Source: an uncultured Planctomycetia bacterium
GTDB lineage: Bacteria; Omnitrophota; Gorgyraeia; Tantalellales; Tantalellaceae
Assembly (NCBI GenBank): GCA_964572255.1
Contig: CAZNEE010000004.1
Span: forward strand, 26,344 to 90,343
DNA: 64,000 nucleotides
Direction: 5' to 3'
Below, piece by piece: positions 19,313-29,254 of the stretch. A program made the position numbers and the translations under genes. Numbering within the stretch: position 1 is the first letter of the stretch; each line of letters opens with the position of its first letter. The notes beneath the pieces were generated by a model, which made no database searches, was not told where the DNA came from, and worked only from the letters and a program-made list of their open reading frames with translations.

Positions 19313-20369
19313 GCCGGGTGATCGCGATCTTCACCTTAAGAGGGCAAAACGTAAATTGGTAAATGCCGGTTGTGATGCGATTCTCGTAAGCGATCCCGGC
19401 AATATTGAATACTTTACGAACACCTCAAGCCTTGGAGCGTTTGTTCTGGTGCCTGCAAGAGGAAAGGCCGTTTTTTTTATAGATAAAATGAACTATGCGC
19501 TTGCGGTGAAGATGCTTGAAGGACTGGACATTGATATTATCACCGACAACGCCCGGATAAAAGCAGTGGCAGCGTTTATCAAAGACAAAAAATACAGAAA
19601 AATAGGGTTCAACGAACGGACGCTCCCGGAAGGCACATTCAGAGCCCTTGAGCGGTCCGCTTCAAAGATTAAATTCAAACCGTTGGCTTCACTGGTGCAG
19701 GATATGCGCACTTGTAAGGGTGATGACGAGATCAGGCTGCTGAAAAAAGCGGCAAAAGAAACGGTCGTTATCTGGAATGAGGTCAAACACGCTATCAGGA
19801 CCGGCATGACCGAACGGGAAATAGCCGCCATGGTAGATATCGCAATAAGAAAAAGGGGACATACGAATTCCTTCCCTACAATTGCGGCAATAGGCAGGAA
19901 TTCGGCTTTTCCCCATGCGATCCCCTCTTCCAGGAGGTTAAGGAAGGGTGAACATGTGCTGGTTGATTTCGGGATCAAATACAACGGGTACTGTTCTGAC
20001 TTGACAAGGACATGGGACAACGGTAGAATAAACCGAAAAATTAAGGACTTACGAAACTTTGTCTTAACAGCCCAGGAAAGAGCTATAAAAAAACTTAAAA
20101 GTGGAGTAAATATAGGCTCTTTGGCCAGGGATGTTAATGGTTATTTCCATAAAAACGGGCTTAGCGGCTATATTTTGCATAGTTTAGGCCACGGTGTGGG
20201 GCTGGATATCCACGAAGAGCCGTATTTAAGCGAAAGATCCTCCCGGAAGCTTAAAAAAGGCATGGTAGTTACTATAGAGCCCGGGTTGTATGTGCCTGGG
20301 GTAGGCGGTATTCGTGAAGAGGACATGGCGTTAATAACTGCCAAGGGATGTGAGGTGTTGACTAAATGA
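19302..20369 (+). CDS. pepP: M24-family Xaa-Pro aminopeptidase
   Basis: The pita-bread fold metal-ligand motifs [13 protein letters not shown] and VVTIEPGLY are present. Confidence 0.85.
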   Translation: MQNRPGDRDLHLKRAKRKLVNAGCDAILVSDPGNIEYFTNTSSLGAFVLVPARGKAVFFIDKMNYALAVKMLEGLDIDIITDNARIKAVAAFIKDKKYRKIGFNERTLPEGTFRALERSASKIKFKPLASLVQDMRTCKGDDEIRLLKKAAKETVVIWNEVKHAIRTGMTEREIAAMVDIAIRKRGHTNSFPTIAAIGRNSAFPHAIPSSRRLRKGEHVLVDFGIKYNGYCSDLTRTWDNGRINRKIKDLRNFVLTAQERAIKKLKSGVNIGSLARDVNGYFHKNGLSGYILHSLGHGVGLDIHEEPYLSERSSRKLKKGMVVTIEPGLYVPGVGGIREEDMALITAKGCEVLTK

Positions 20370-20923
20370 TCAAAGCCGGAAATTTAAGGACAGGTACCAT
20401 AATCAAATATAATAATCAGCTGCATACGGTAGTGGAAGCCCAGCATTATAAACCCGGCAAGGGCGGAGCTTTCATACGGACCAAGCTTAAGAATCTTCAA
20501 ACAGGCTCGATTGTTTCAGAAACATTACGGCCTGAAGATACGTTTGAGGACGTGTTTATCGAGCAGAAACAGGTTCAATATCTTTACAAGGACGATCATG
20601 GTTATTGCTTCATGGACGAAGAGACATATGAACAGATGCATATATCTGAAGGGAAAATAGGGGATATTATCGATTATCTTAAAGAGAACATGACAGTAAC
20701 AGCAAATCTCTTCGATGGAGAGATACTTTCAATAACGCCGCCGATACATGTTGTATTAAAAATAGCAAAAACCGAACCCGGGTTAAGGGGCAATACCGTC
20801 AGCGGTGCGACGAAACCGGCTGTTCTTGAAACCGGCAAAGAGATAAAGGTGCCGCTTTTCATCGAACAGGGAGAGTTGGTTAAAGTTGATACCCGTACGG
20901 GTGAGTATATTGAACGCGCTTAA
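20366..20923 (+). CDS. efp: Elongation factor P
   Basis: [44 protein letters not shown] is the canonical EF-P N-terminus, including the KPGKG loop. Confidence 0.95.
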   Translation: MIKAGNLRTGTIIKYNNQLHTVVEAQHYKPGKGGAFIRTKLKNLQTGSIVSETLRPEDTFEDVFIEQKQVQYLYKDDHGYCFMDEETYEQMHISEGKIGDIIDYLKENMTVTANLFDGEILSITPPIHVVLKIAKTEPGLRGNTVSGATKPAVLETGKEIKVPLFIEQGELVKVDTRTGEYIERA

Positions 20924-20937
20924 ATAGGAGTTGAAAA

Positions 20938-21387
20938 ATGAATATTAAAAAGATTCAGGAACTTATTGAATTGATGAATAACAATAACCTTGGCGAGATC
21001 GAGATCGAGCAGGAAGGCCAGAAGGTCAAACTCAAAAAAACCACCGCCCAGGGCATCATTGAACAGGTAGTTCCTCAGGCGGCAGCCCTGCAGCAGCCTC
21101 AGGCTGCAGCAGCAGCGCCGGCGAAGCCTAAAGAGGCAGCCGGCAATCTTAAGGAAGTAAAAGCCCCGATGGTAGGAACATTTTACAGATCACCCTCGCC
21201 GGATTCCGAGGCTTATGTTGACGTAGGTAAAGTGGTTCATAAAGGGGACGTTCTTTGCATCATAGAAGCGATGAAGATAATGAACGAGGTCAAGAGCGAA
21301 TTTGACGGTAAAATAGTGCAGATCCCGGTTGAGAATGCGGAACCGATAGAATTCGGGCAGACATTGTTCTTGATAGAACCTATATAA
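20938..21387 (+). CDS. accB: Acetyl-CoA carboxylase biotin carboxyl carrier protein
   Basis: It has an Ala/Pro-rich linker, and the biotinyl-lysine motif EAMKIMNEV is present. Confidence 0.9.
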   Translation: MNIKKIQELIELMNNNNLGEIEIEQEGQKVKLKKTTAQGIIEQVVPQAAALQQPQAAAAAPAKPKEAAGNLKEVKAPMVGTFYRSPSPDSEAYVDVGKVVHKGDVLCIIEAMKIMNEVKSEFDGKIVQIPVENAEPIEFGQTLFLIEPI

Positions 21388-21410
21388 TAGGAATAGGGCG
21401 GAGAGATTTT

Positions 21411-22760
21411 ATGTTTTCAAAAATTTTGATAGCGAACAGGGGCGAAATAGCGCTTCGTATAATACGTGCCTGCAAAGAATTAGGCGTAAGAACTGTTGCA
21501 GTTTATTCTGAAGCCGACGCTGATTCTCTTCATGTAAGGTTCGCCGATGAAGCTGTGTGTATAGGCAAAGCCGCACCTTCTGAAAGTTATTTAAATATCC
21601 CATCCATAGTGAGCGCTGCGGAGATAACAGACGTAGAAGCCATACACCCGGGATACGGTTTTCTGGCGGAAGATGCCCATTTTGCGGAGATATGCGAATC
21701 ATGTCATCTGAAATTTATCGGTCCCACGCCTGAGAATATCAAGCAGATGGGTGATAAGATGATGGCCAAGGATACCATGAAAAAAGCCGGGATACCCGTT
21801 ATACCCGGAACGGAAAATGTTATTAAGACCAAGGAAGAAGTGCTTAAAGAAGCGAAAAAAATAGGGTATCCGGTTATTATTAAAGCTTCCGCGGGGGGCG
21901 GCGGTAAAGGCATGAGGGTCTGCCACAATGATGTCAGCCTGGTAGGCGCTTTCTTGACAGCTCAGAGTGAAGCGGAGGCCGCTTTCGGGAATCCCGATGT
22001 ATATATGGAAAAATATATTAACGAGCCGCGCCATGTGGAACTGCAGATACTCGCGGATGAAAAAGGCAATGTTGTTCATCTTGGAGAGAGAGATTGCACA
22101 GTGCAGAGGCGCCATCAGAAATTAATAGAAGAGTCCCCATCGGTAAGCATTACCGATAAGATGCGTAAAGAGATGGGTGAAGAGGCGGTCAAGGGCGCGG
22201 AAGCGGCAGGTTATGTCGGAGCCGGCACGATCGAATTTCTGGTTGACGGCAATAATTTTTATTTTATGGAGATGAATACGCGGATACAGGTCGAGCATCC
22301 CGTAACGGAACTGGTGACGGGCATCGACCTTATAAAGGAGCAGATAAAGATCGCTACGGGCGCGAAACTTCCGTTTAAACAGGAAGATATCAAATTCAAC
22401 GGCTGCGCCATAGAATGCCGCATAAACGCGGAAGATCCCGAGAACGATTTCAGGCCTTCACCCGGGAAGATAGAGGCCATATATAAACCGGGAGGCCCGG
22501 GAATAAGACTTGATACCCATGTATATGCCGGTTATGTCGTTCCGCCGTATTACGATTCTATGATAGCAAAGCTTTTGGCTCATGGGAACACCAGGCAGGA
22601 GGCCATAGATATCATGCTTAGAGCGTTGAGCGAATTTCTGGTGGAACCTATTCCCACGACCGTGGATTTTCACAAGAGAGTGCTGAGCGATTCCGATTTT
22701 CGCAGTGGAAAATATTCCACTCATTTTATTGAAAAATATTTTCCGAAGAAAGAAGAATAG
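21411..22760 (+). CDS. accC: Acetyl-CoA carboxylase biotin carboxylase subunit
   Basis: [25 protein letters not shown]... matches the ATP-grasp biotin carboxylase over its full length. Confidence 0.95.
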   Translation: MFSKILIANRGEIALRIIRACKELGVRTVAVYSEADADSLHVRFADEAVCIGKAAPSESYLNIPSIVSAAEITDVEAIHPGYGFLAEDAHFAEICESCHLKFIGPTPENIKQMGDKMMAKDTMKKAGIPVIPGTENVIKTKEEVLKEAKKIGYPVIIKASAGGGGKGMRVCHNDVSLVGAFLTAQSEAEAAFGNPDVYMEKYINEPRHVELQILADEKGNVVHLGERDCTVQRRHQKLIEESPSVSITDKMRKEMGEEAVKGAEAAGYVGAGTIEFLVDGNNFYFMEMNTRIQVEHPVTELVTGIDLIKEQIKIATGAKLPFKQEDIKFNGCAIECRINAEDPENDFRPSPGKIEAIYKPGGPGIRLDTHVYAGYVVPPYYDSMIAKLLAHGNTRQEAIDIMLRALSEFLVEPIPTTVDFHKRVLSDSDFRSGKYSTHFIEKYFPKKEE

Positions 22761-22771
22761 GAGGGGGTTTT

Positions 22772-23368
22772 ATGAATTTTATCAAACGACTGGGGCTTTT
22801 GATCTACATGGTCCTGATGGTGTTTATCGGCGCGACGATCCTTTTGGCGGCGCTGAACATGATCACTTCAGAAAATTTAAATCAGGCGATGGAGGCGATC
22901 CATTCGTCCGCTGATTATCAGTGGATCACTGCGGGGATAGGCGCTTTGATAATTTTGATCGGGCTGATAGTCCCGAGCCATGCGTCAAAAAGTCTCAAAA
23001 AGGGGAGAACAATAACTTTCCAGAACCCTGACGGAGAGGTGACGGTTTCGGTAACGGCCATAGAAGATTATATCCGCAAGATCGCCGATGACATGCCTGA
23101 TGTCAAGGATGTGCGTTCGCATGTGAATTTCACGAAAAAAGGGATAAATGTTACAAGCGCTGTGTCAATACATGCCGGAGCCAATATCCCTGAAGTCATG
23201 GAACGCATCCAGATGGCAGTCAAGAATCATATACAGACAATGCTGGGAGTGGACGAACCGATAAATATTAAAATGCACATAAGCAGAATTATAGGCACAC
23301 CGCCTGCTGAAGCAGTAGGGCCGGAAGAGCCCCAGGAAGAGTCCCCGCAGCAGGTGCCGTTCCGTTAA
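22772..23368 (+). CDS. Asp23/Gls24-family (alkaline shock) protein with N-terminal membrane anchor
   Basis: The C-terminal Asp23 domain (GEVTVSVTAIEDYIRKIA...VNVTSAVSIHAGANIPEV) is preceded by 2 transmembrane helices. Confidence 0.7.
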   Translation: MNFIKRLGLLIYMVLMVFIGATILLAALNMITSENLNQAMEAIHSSADYQWITAGIGALIILIGLIVPSHASKSLKKGRTITFQNPDGEVTVSVTAIEDYIRKIADDMPDVKDVRSHVNFTKKGINVTSAVSIHAGANIPEVMERIQMAVKNHIQTMLGVDEPINIKMHISRIIGTPPAEAVGPEEPQEESPQQVPFR

Positions 23369-23397
23369 CGGAAAACCTGATAAAGATCGAGTCTCAT

Positions 23398-23970
23398 ATG
23401 AAGGATATTATTAAAAAGATATTTGAAGACAGCATCAAGGTTAAAAAAGAATTTATTCTTGATGACGCGAATGTGTCAAAAATAGCGGAAGCCGCAAAAA
23501 CCATAATCGATTCTTATTCCCGCGGAGGCAAGGTCATAGTTTTCGGCAACGGCGGGAGCGCCGCTGACAGCCAGCATTTTGCCGCGGAATTGATGATAAG
23601 ATTCGAAAAGGAGAGGCGAAGTCTTCCCTGCATCGCTTTAAGCACAAATACATCGAATCTTACGGCAGCCTCAAATGATTACGGATACGACAGTTCTTTT
23701 TCGAGGCAGCTGGAAGGCCTCGCGAAAGAGGGAGACGTGGCGGTGGCTGTCTCTACAAGCGGTAACTCCAAAAACGTACTGGATGCCGCCAAAAAGGCCA
23801 GATCGTTGAAGATCCCTGTTATTGGCCTGCTCGGAAGGGACGGCGGTAAACTTGCCGGAATATCGGATATCCCGATAATCGTGAAAGATCAGAATACGGC
23901 TCGCGTTCAAGAGGCGCATGGCGTGATCATGCATGCTTTGTGCAAGATCATTGAAGATAATATAAGTTAA
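23398..23970 (+). CDS. gmhA: SIS-domain D-sedoheptulose-7-phosphate isomerase
   Basis: The GmhA motifs VIVFGNGGSAADSQHFAAEL and SGNSKNV are present. Confidence 0.85.
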   Translation: MKDIIKKIFEDSIKVKKEFILDDANVSKIAEAAKTIIDSYSRGGKVIVFGNGGSAADSQHFAAELMIRFEKERRSLPCIALSTNTSNLTAASNDYGYDSSFSRQLEGLAKEGDVAVAVSTSGNSKNVLDAAKKARSLKIPVIGLLGRDGGKLAGISDIPIIVKDQNTARVQEAHGVIMHALCKIIEDNIS

Positions 23971-23997
23971 CTATCAAGCCGGAAGGTCGCCGGTATC

Positions 23998-24477
23998 ATG
24001 CCAAATAAGAAGATTAAGAAACAGGATGATGTTGCAAAAATAGTGTACTGGGAAAAAGCCGCCGACAGGGTCGTGGGTTTCACCAACGGTTGTTTTGATA
24101 TCCTGCATGCCGGGCATGTTGCTTATCTTGAAAAAGCTAAAGAGAAATGCGATGTTTTGATCATTGGCGTGAACAGCGATTCTTCGGTAAAACGCATAAA
24201 AGGCGACAAGCGTCCTATTAATGGCGAGAAATCGCGGTTAGCTGTATTAGCAGCGCTGGAGGTCGTGGATTATGTAACGCTTTTCAAGGAAAGTACTCCT
24301 AAGAAACTGATAGAGCTTATCACCCCGAATGTGCTTTTTAAAGGCGGAGATTGGGATGAAAAGGATATTGTCGGAGGGAGGCACGTAAAAGCCAGCGGCG
24401 GCAAGGTAGAGGTAATTCCGTATGTGAAAGGATTTTCTACAACTGATTTAATTAAAAGGATCAAGAAAAAGGGGTAA
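23998..24477 (+). CDS. D-glycero-beta-D-manno-heptose 1-phosphate adenylyltransferase (HldE domain II / RfaE-like cytidylyltransferase)
   Basis: GFTNGCFDILHAGHVAYLEKAKE is the (H/T)xGH nucleotidyltransferase signature. Confidence 0.8.
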   Translation: MPNKKIKKQDDVAKIVYWEKAADRVVGFTNGCFDILHAGHVAYLEKAKEKCDVLIIGVNSDSSVKRIKGDKRPINGEKSRLAVLAALEVVDYVTLFKESTPKKLIELITPNVLFKGGDWDEKDIVGGRHVKASGGKVEVIPYVKGFSTTDLIKRIKKKG

Positions 24478-24483
24478 AGCGGC

Positions 24484-24939
24484 ATGGACAAGGGTGTTTA
24501 CAGGATAATAGATGCGAATCTGAACAGGGTGATGGAAGGCATACGCGTCAGTGAGGATATAATACGGTTCGCCCTGGATAACGAAAAATTGACACGGAAG
24601 CTTAAGGATCTGCGTCACAATATTTTCATTGCAATAAGGGATCTTCGCATGCAGCACCTGCAGGAACTCGTGTCTGCGCGTGATATTGATGACGACATAG
24701 GGCGCGTGACCACCGAGACTGAAAGGAATAAAAGAGACCTGATCGAACTGTTCCTGGCAAACACGCAAAGAGGGAAAGAATCTTTGAGGGTGCTTGAGGA
24801 AGTCCTGAAGCTTTTCGACCAGAAACTTTCACAAAAGTTCAAAAGGTTCAGATTCAAGCTTTACGAGATAGAAAAGGCTTCTGTTGAGGAGTTGGAAAAA
24901 ATAAGGGGCAAAAGGAAGAAGAAGACAAAAACAAAATGA
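24484..24939 (+). CDS. Hypothetical protein, translationally coupled to thiC (possibly thiamine-related)
   Basis: 151 aa; the N-terminus YRIIDANLNRVMEGIRVSEDIIRF is conserved-looking and the C-terminus is Lys-rich. It has a 4-bp overlap with thiC. Function was not assignable from sequence. Confidence 0.4.
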   Translation: MDKGVYRIIDANLNRVMEGIRVSEDIIRFALDNEKLTRKLKDLRHNIFIAIRDLRMQHLQELVSARDIDDDIGRVTTETERNKRDLIELFLANTQRGKESLRVLEEVLKLFDQKLSQKFKRFRFKLYEIEKASVEELEKIRGKRKKKTKTK

Positions 24940-26201
24940 TAAAATCGAGTGAACCTATCATAAAGAAAATACTCGCAAAAGAAGATGCGAGCCGCGCCTA
25001 TATAAAAAAAGGTCTTCGTTCAGGGACCATAGTCATACCGAAAAACCGCAAACGTTCCGTGTCTGACCCTTGCGCGATAGGCAGGGGAATGAAAACCAAA
25101 GTTAACGCTAATATAGGGTTATCTCCGTCCAAATCAAGCATAGACAAAGAGATCGAGAAGATGGAGGCTGCCTGCCGCTCGGGAGCGGATGCGGTGATGG
25201 ATCTTTCAACGGGATCACGGCTTGCGAAGGTAAGAAAGAGAATCCTGGATGAATGTCCGGTGCCGGTAGGTACAGTCCCAATATATGAACTTGCCTGCAT
25301 GCCGCGGAAAAAATTCCTTTCGCTTAAAGAGGGCGATTTTATCGCTATTCTCGAGAAGCAGGCCGAAGAGGGGGTTGATTTTTTCACTATTCACCCGGGC
25401 ATTACGCAAGATGAGTTGAAACTGGTCATTAAAGGGCCGCGTATCATGAATATTGTAAGCCGCGGGGGCGCGTTGATCGCTTCGTGGATGATGGCCAACA
25501 AAAAAGAGAATCCTTTTTTCTCCCAGTTCAATAAAGTTCTGGACATACTTAAAAAGTACGATGTCACTTTAAGTTTAGGTGACAGTCTGAGGCCGGGTTC
25601 TATATGCGATGCTACGGACCGGCTGCAGATACAGGAACTGATAACATTAGGCGGGTTGCAGCAGCGTGCCTTAAAACGGGGAGTACAATCCATGATCGAG
25701 GGCCCCGGCCATGTTCCTCTGGATCAGATCGAATCCAATGTGAAGCTTCAGAAATCCATATGCCATAACGCGCCGTTTTATGTCCTGGGGCCTTTGGTGA
25801 CGGATTCAGCTCCCGGGTACGATCATATTGTGTCCGCTATAGGAGGCGCTATAGCGGCATGGCACGGCGCGGACTTTTTGTGTTATGTAACCCCCGCGGA
25901 GCATTTGAGCCTTCCAGGCATTGACGATGTGCGCCGCGGTGTAATGGCATCTAAGATAGCCGCGCATGCGGCTGATATAGTCAAAGGAATACCTTCCGCT
26001 CTTGAACGTGACAGGCAAATATCTCTGGCTCGCGCAAAGAGAGACTGGAATAAACAGTTTAAACTCTCATTGGATCCCGAAGCGCCCGCAAAATTCAGGA
26101 AAAGATCTCATCCGGACATGGTTGATGTATGTACGATGTGCGGGGAGTATTGCTCGATAAAAATAACTGAAGATATCGTTAAAAAGAAAAGAAGAAAATG
26201 A
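24936..26201 (+). CDS. thiC: Phosphomethylpyrimidine synthase
   Basis: Typical ThiC motifs (EGPGHVPLDQIE and the C-terminal CTMCGEYCS Fe-S cysteine cluster) are present. Confidence 0.95.
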   Translation: MIKSSEPIIKKILAKEDASRAYIKKGLRSGTIVIPKNRKRSVSDPCAIGRGMKTKVNANIGLSPSKSSIDKEIEKMEAACRSGADAVMDLSTGSRLAKVRKRILDECPVPVGTVPIYELACMPRKKFLSLKEGDFIAILEKQAEEGVDFFTIHPGITQDELKLVIKGPRIMNIVSRGGALIASWMMANKKENPFFSQFNKVLDILKKYDVTLSLGDSLRPGSICDATDRLQIQELITLGGLQQRALKRGVQSMIEGPGHVPLDQIESNVKLQKSICHNAPFYVLGPLVTDSAPGYDHIVSAIGGAIAAWHGADFLCYVTPAEHLSLPGIDDVRRGVMASKIAAHAADIVKGIPSALERDRQISLARAKRDWNKQFKLSLDPEAPAKFRKRSHPDMVDVCTMCGEYCSIKITEDIVKKKRRK

Positions 26202-27097
26202 AAGTAACGATCATAGGTTCTGTTGCTTTTGACAGCGTGGAAACCCCTTTCGGAAAACGCGAAAATGCTTTGGGGGGCTCGGCAACATACGCCTCTTTGA
26301 GCGCTTCATTTTTTTCGCCGGTAAACCTTATCAGCGTTGTCGGAAAAGATTTTCCGAAAAAGTATTTTACGATGTTTAAACGACGGGAGATCGACACGGC
26401 CGGCCTTGAACAAAAAAAAGGCAAAACTTTTCGCTGGAAGGCCAAATATCATTACGATCTCAGTTATGCGGAAACAATATACACGCATCTTAATGTGTTT
26501 CAGGGATTCAAGCCTGCCGTACCAGATAATGTTTCTTCAAAAGACAATCTTCTTTTAGCGAATATAGATCCCGAATTGCAAAGCTGGATATTCGCCTCGA
26601 TCAAACCTACAGGTCTTGTTGCATGCGACACGATGAATCTCTGGATCGAACACAGAAAGAAAGCGCTCCTGAAGCTGCTGAAAAAAGTCGATATATTTCT
26701 TCTGAATGACGCGGAAGCCAGACAGCTTTCCGGAGAGAAGAACCTGATAGACGCCGCCAGATACATAGCTTCAAAAGGGACAAAGATGATCGTCATAAAA
26801 AAGGGCGAGCATGGCGCGCTGTTCTTCCATGGCGGACTGCTTTTTATGGTCCCCGCGTATCTTCTGGAGAAGATCTGTGACCCGACAGGCGCAGGCGACA
26901 CGTTCGCGGGAGGCATGCTGGGATATCTTTCACGTAAAAGAAGAATAACTCAAACCGACCTGAGAAGATCCTTGGTCTATGGCAGCATATTAGCCTCATT
27001 CGTAGTTGAAAAGTTCAGTGTGGAAGGTCTTCTTAAGACCTCGGTTAAAGATATAGATACGAGATACAGGCATTTTGAAAAGTTAACGAAATTCTAG
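26198..27097 (+). CDS. PfkB-family carbohydrate or nucleoside kinase
   Basis: The PfkB signature DPTGAGDTFAGGMLGYL and the ribokinase-like fold are present. It has an ATGA overlap with thiC. Confidence 0.8.
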   Translation: MKVTIIGSVAFDSVETPFGKRENALGGSATYASLSASFFSPVNLISVVGKDFPKKYFTMFKRREIDTAGLEQKKGKTFRWKAKYHYDLSYAETIYTHLNVFQGFKPAVPDNVSSKDNLLLANIDPELQSWIFASIKPTGLVACDTMNLWIEHRKKALLKLLKKVDIFLLNDAEARQLSGEKNLIDAARYIASKGTKMIVIKKGEHGALFFHGGLLFMVPAYLLEKICDPTGAGDTFAGGMLGYLSRKRRITQTDLRRSLVYGSILASFVVEKFSVEGLLKTSVKDIDTRYRHFEKLTKF

Positions 27098-27098
27098 G

Positions 27099-27172
27099 GC
27101 GAGCGTAGCACAATGGTAGTGCACTGGCTTCCCAAGCCAGCCACGGGGGTTCGATTCCCCTCGCTCGCTCCA
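27099..27172 (+). tRNA. tRNA-Gly(CCC): tRNA-Gly (anticodon CCC) with encoded CCA
   Basis: Manual fold: acceptor GCGAGCG/CGCTCGC, D stem GCAC/GTGC, anticodon stem CTGGC/GCCAG with loop TTCCCAA, T stem GGGGG/CCCCT with loop TTCGATT, discriminator T plus CCA. It starts 2 nt after the PfkB stop codon. Confidence 0.85.
27155..27165 (+). repeat. tRNA 3'-end segment TTCCCCTCGCT, repeated at 27399-27409
   Basis: An 11-bp exact direct repeat; the continuation is similar (CGCTCCAC versus TCAC). This pattern is typical of attL/attR duplication at tRNA integration sites. Confidence 0.6.
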
Positions 27173-27398
27173 CTTTAAAAATTCGGGCCTTCGGGCTGCC
27201 TTAAAAGGAGGACGGCACCCTTCGGCCCCATAGCAAGTTAAACGCATTGGGCTCAAATCGCCGAATTTTTTTGAGAGGGAACCAATGGTTCCCTCTCAAC
27301 GTTCGCCTTCAGCGAACTGCTCACCCTCCTTTAGAGGAAGGGTCTTTATGATACTGGATTAGCAAGGAGGGGGATTACGCTTTGTAAGCGAACGAAAT

Positions 27399-27409
27399 TT
27401 CCCCTCGCT
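27399..27409 (+). repeat. Second copy of the tRNA-Gly 3'-end direct repeat
   Basis: Identical to 27155-27165. The two copies bound a 230-bp hairpin-rich non-coding segment. Confidence 0.6.
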
Positions 27410-27438
27410 TCACTAATTTAATAATGAAAGGAGAAAAA

Positions 27439-27798
27439 ATGAAGAAAGTATTTTCAATCTTGGTATTAGCGGTATTTTTGATGGGTGCGGCTCTATCCTT
27501 CGCCGATTCTTCTGATTTTTTGAAGCAGGGGCTTTTGGGAGCCGGCGCAGGGGCTGTGGGAGGCGCTGCGTCAGGAGCCAAAGGCCGGGATGTATGGAAA
27601 GGCGCGCTTGCCGGTGCCGGAGTCAACCTTGTGGGGAACATGCTCCTTGATAAGCATAGCGGCGAAGAAGTGACTAAAACCGATAATGTGGACAAGCTCG
27701 ATTCGAGGACCGCTTATCAGCAGGGGTATCAGGATGGTTATGAAAACGGATATAAACAGGGTTATACAGAAGGCATAAAAGAGAATGTAAAAAAGTAA
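27439..27798 (+). CDS. Secreted glycine-zipper small protein (paralog 1)
   Basis: It has a signal peptide, a glycine-zipper run GLLGAGAGAVGGAASGAKGRDVWKGALAGAGVN and a C-terminal GY-repeat tail QQGYQDGYENGYKQGYTEG. It is about 65% identical to the 37026-37406 product. AAAGGAG lies before the ATG at 27439. Confidence 0.6.
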   Translation: MKKVFSILVLAVFLMGAALSFADSSDFLKQGLLGAGAGAVGGAASGAKGRDVWKGALAGAGVNLVGNMLLDKHSGEEVTKTDNVDKLDSRTAYQQGYQDGYENGYKQGYTEGIKENVKK

Positions 27799-27830
27799 AA
27801 AATTAATTGTTTTATTCAGAGGAAAGAGAA

Positions 27831-29198
27831 ATGAAGAATAAGAAGAATACATTCATGTATATTGTTGCGGCTATTGCCGCGATCGGCGGTGTTCTTTTCG
27901 GATTTGATACCGGAGTGATATCGGGAGCATTGCTTCTTATCAAGAAACAGTGGGCGTTAAGTACGGCAAGCCAGGAATTTGCCGTAAGCGCCGTTCTGAT
28001 CGGGGCAATGATAGGGGCGGCTCTAAGCGGAAGGCTTGCGGACAGTTGGGGAAGACGCCGGGTGATCATCATAACTGCCGGGATATTCGCCTTGGGAACT
28101 TTAGGGGCAGCGGCATCGGCTTCGGTTAACTGGCTTATTGCGAGCCGCATAGTAATAGGTGTAGCTATTGGTATAGCTTCTTTCTGTGTTCCTCTATATA
28201 TCTCCGAGGTCGCTCCCGCCAAACAAAGGGGAGCTCTGGTCTCGTTAAACCAGCTTGCGATAACGATAGGGATCCTGGTTTCTTACTTTATCGATGATAT
28301 ATTTGCCGCCATGACCGGCGGGTGGAGATTCATGTTCGCAGCCGGCATTTTACCGGCAGTAGTTTTGGGTGTCGGGATGTTGTTCCTGCCTCGGACGCCT
28401 CGGTGGCTCATGATAAACGGGAGAGATGAGGAAGCCCGGTCAGTTTTGGAGAAGATGGGCACAATAGAAAGTGTCGATGCCGCTATAGGTGACATGAAAA
28501 GGAGTTTAAGCGAAGAGAAGAGCGGCGGTTTGAGGGAGCTGTTCGTTCCCTGGCTAAGGATGCCTCTTTTTATAGGTATCGGTATCATGTTCTTTCAGCA
28601 GATAACGGGGATCAATACAGTTATATATTATGCCCCGACTATTTTTGAAATGGCCGGATTCAAATCGGATGTAGTGGCGATAGCTGCGACCATGGGTGTG
28701 GGGGCGTTAAATGTGATCATGACAGTTGTCGCGATATACGTTATCGACAAGATCGGGCGCAAACCTTTGCTTTTCGTGGGGTTGATCGGTATGGCTATTT
28801 CTTTGGGGATCTTAGGGCTTGCTTTTAAAGAAGAGGCGTATCTGGGCGCTGCTTTAAAATGGGTTTCAGTAGGAAGCCTTTTGCTTTACATAGGTTCCTT
28901 TGCTATAAGCTTGGGTCCTGTAGCATGGCTGATCATATCGGAGATCTATCCGCTTAGAATAAGAGGGCTGGCGATGAGTATCGCGACATTATCAAACTGG
29001 GCTTTTAACTTTATCGTTGCGAGCACTTTCTTGAGCATAGTTCAGGCTCTTGGAGCGTCATCAGCCTTTTGGATATATGCCGTGCTCAGCGCGATGGGTT
29101 GGCTCTTCTGCTACTTTTTTGTTCCGGAAACAAAGGGGCACAAGCTTGAGGATATTGAAGAGCATTGGATCCAGGGCAAATCACCCAGAGAATTGTAA
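27831..29198 (+). CDS. MFS sugar-porter-family transporter
   Basis: 12 transmembrane segments. It has the GRRRVIIITAG loop 2-3 motif and the C-terminal PETKGHKLEDIEEHW sugar-transporter signature. GAGGAAAGAG lies before the ATG at 27831. Confidence 0.85.
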   Translation: MKNKKNTFMYIVAAIAAIGGVLFGFDTGVISGALLLIKKQWALSTASQEFAVSAVLIGAMIGAALSGRLADSWGRRRVIIITAGIFALGTLGAAASASVNWLIASRIVIGVAIGIASFCVPLYISEVAPAKQRGALVSLNQLAITIGILVSYFIDDIFAAMTGGWRFMFAAGILPAVVLGVGMLFLPRTPRWLMINGRDEEARSVLEKMGTIESVDAAIGDMKRSLSEEKSGGLRELFVPWLRMPLFIGIGIMFFQQITGINTVIYYAPTIFEMAGFKSDVVAIAATMGVGALNVIMTVVAIYVIDKIGRKPLLFVGLIGMAISLGILGLAFKEEAYLGAALKWVSVGSLLLYIGSFAISLGPVAWLIISEIYPLRIRGLAMSIATLSNWAFNFIVASTFLSIVQALGASSAFWIYAVLSAMGWLFCYFFVPETKGHKLEDIEEHWIQGKSPREL

Positions 29199-29254
29199 AG
29201 CGAATTGCGGTTTAGGGGTACAGCCTTTATCAGCAAATTGCATGAAAGGGGTCA

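Noticed and set aside
24300-24940. Expected TPP riboswitch upstream of thiC
   Set aside because: No THI-box (CTGAGA core plus conserved stems) is present. thiC is embedded in an operon with a 4-bp overlap to the preceding gene.
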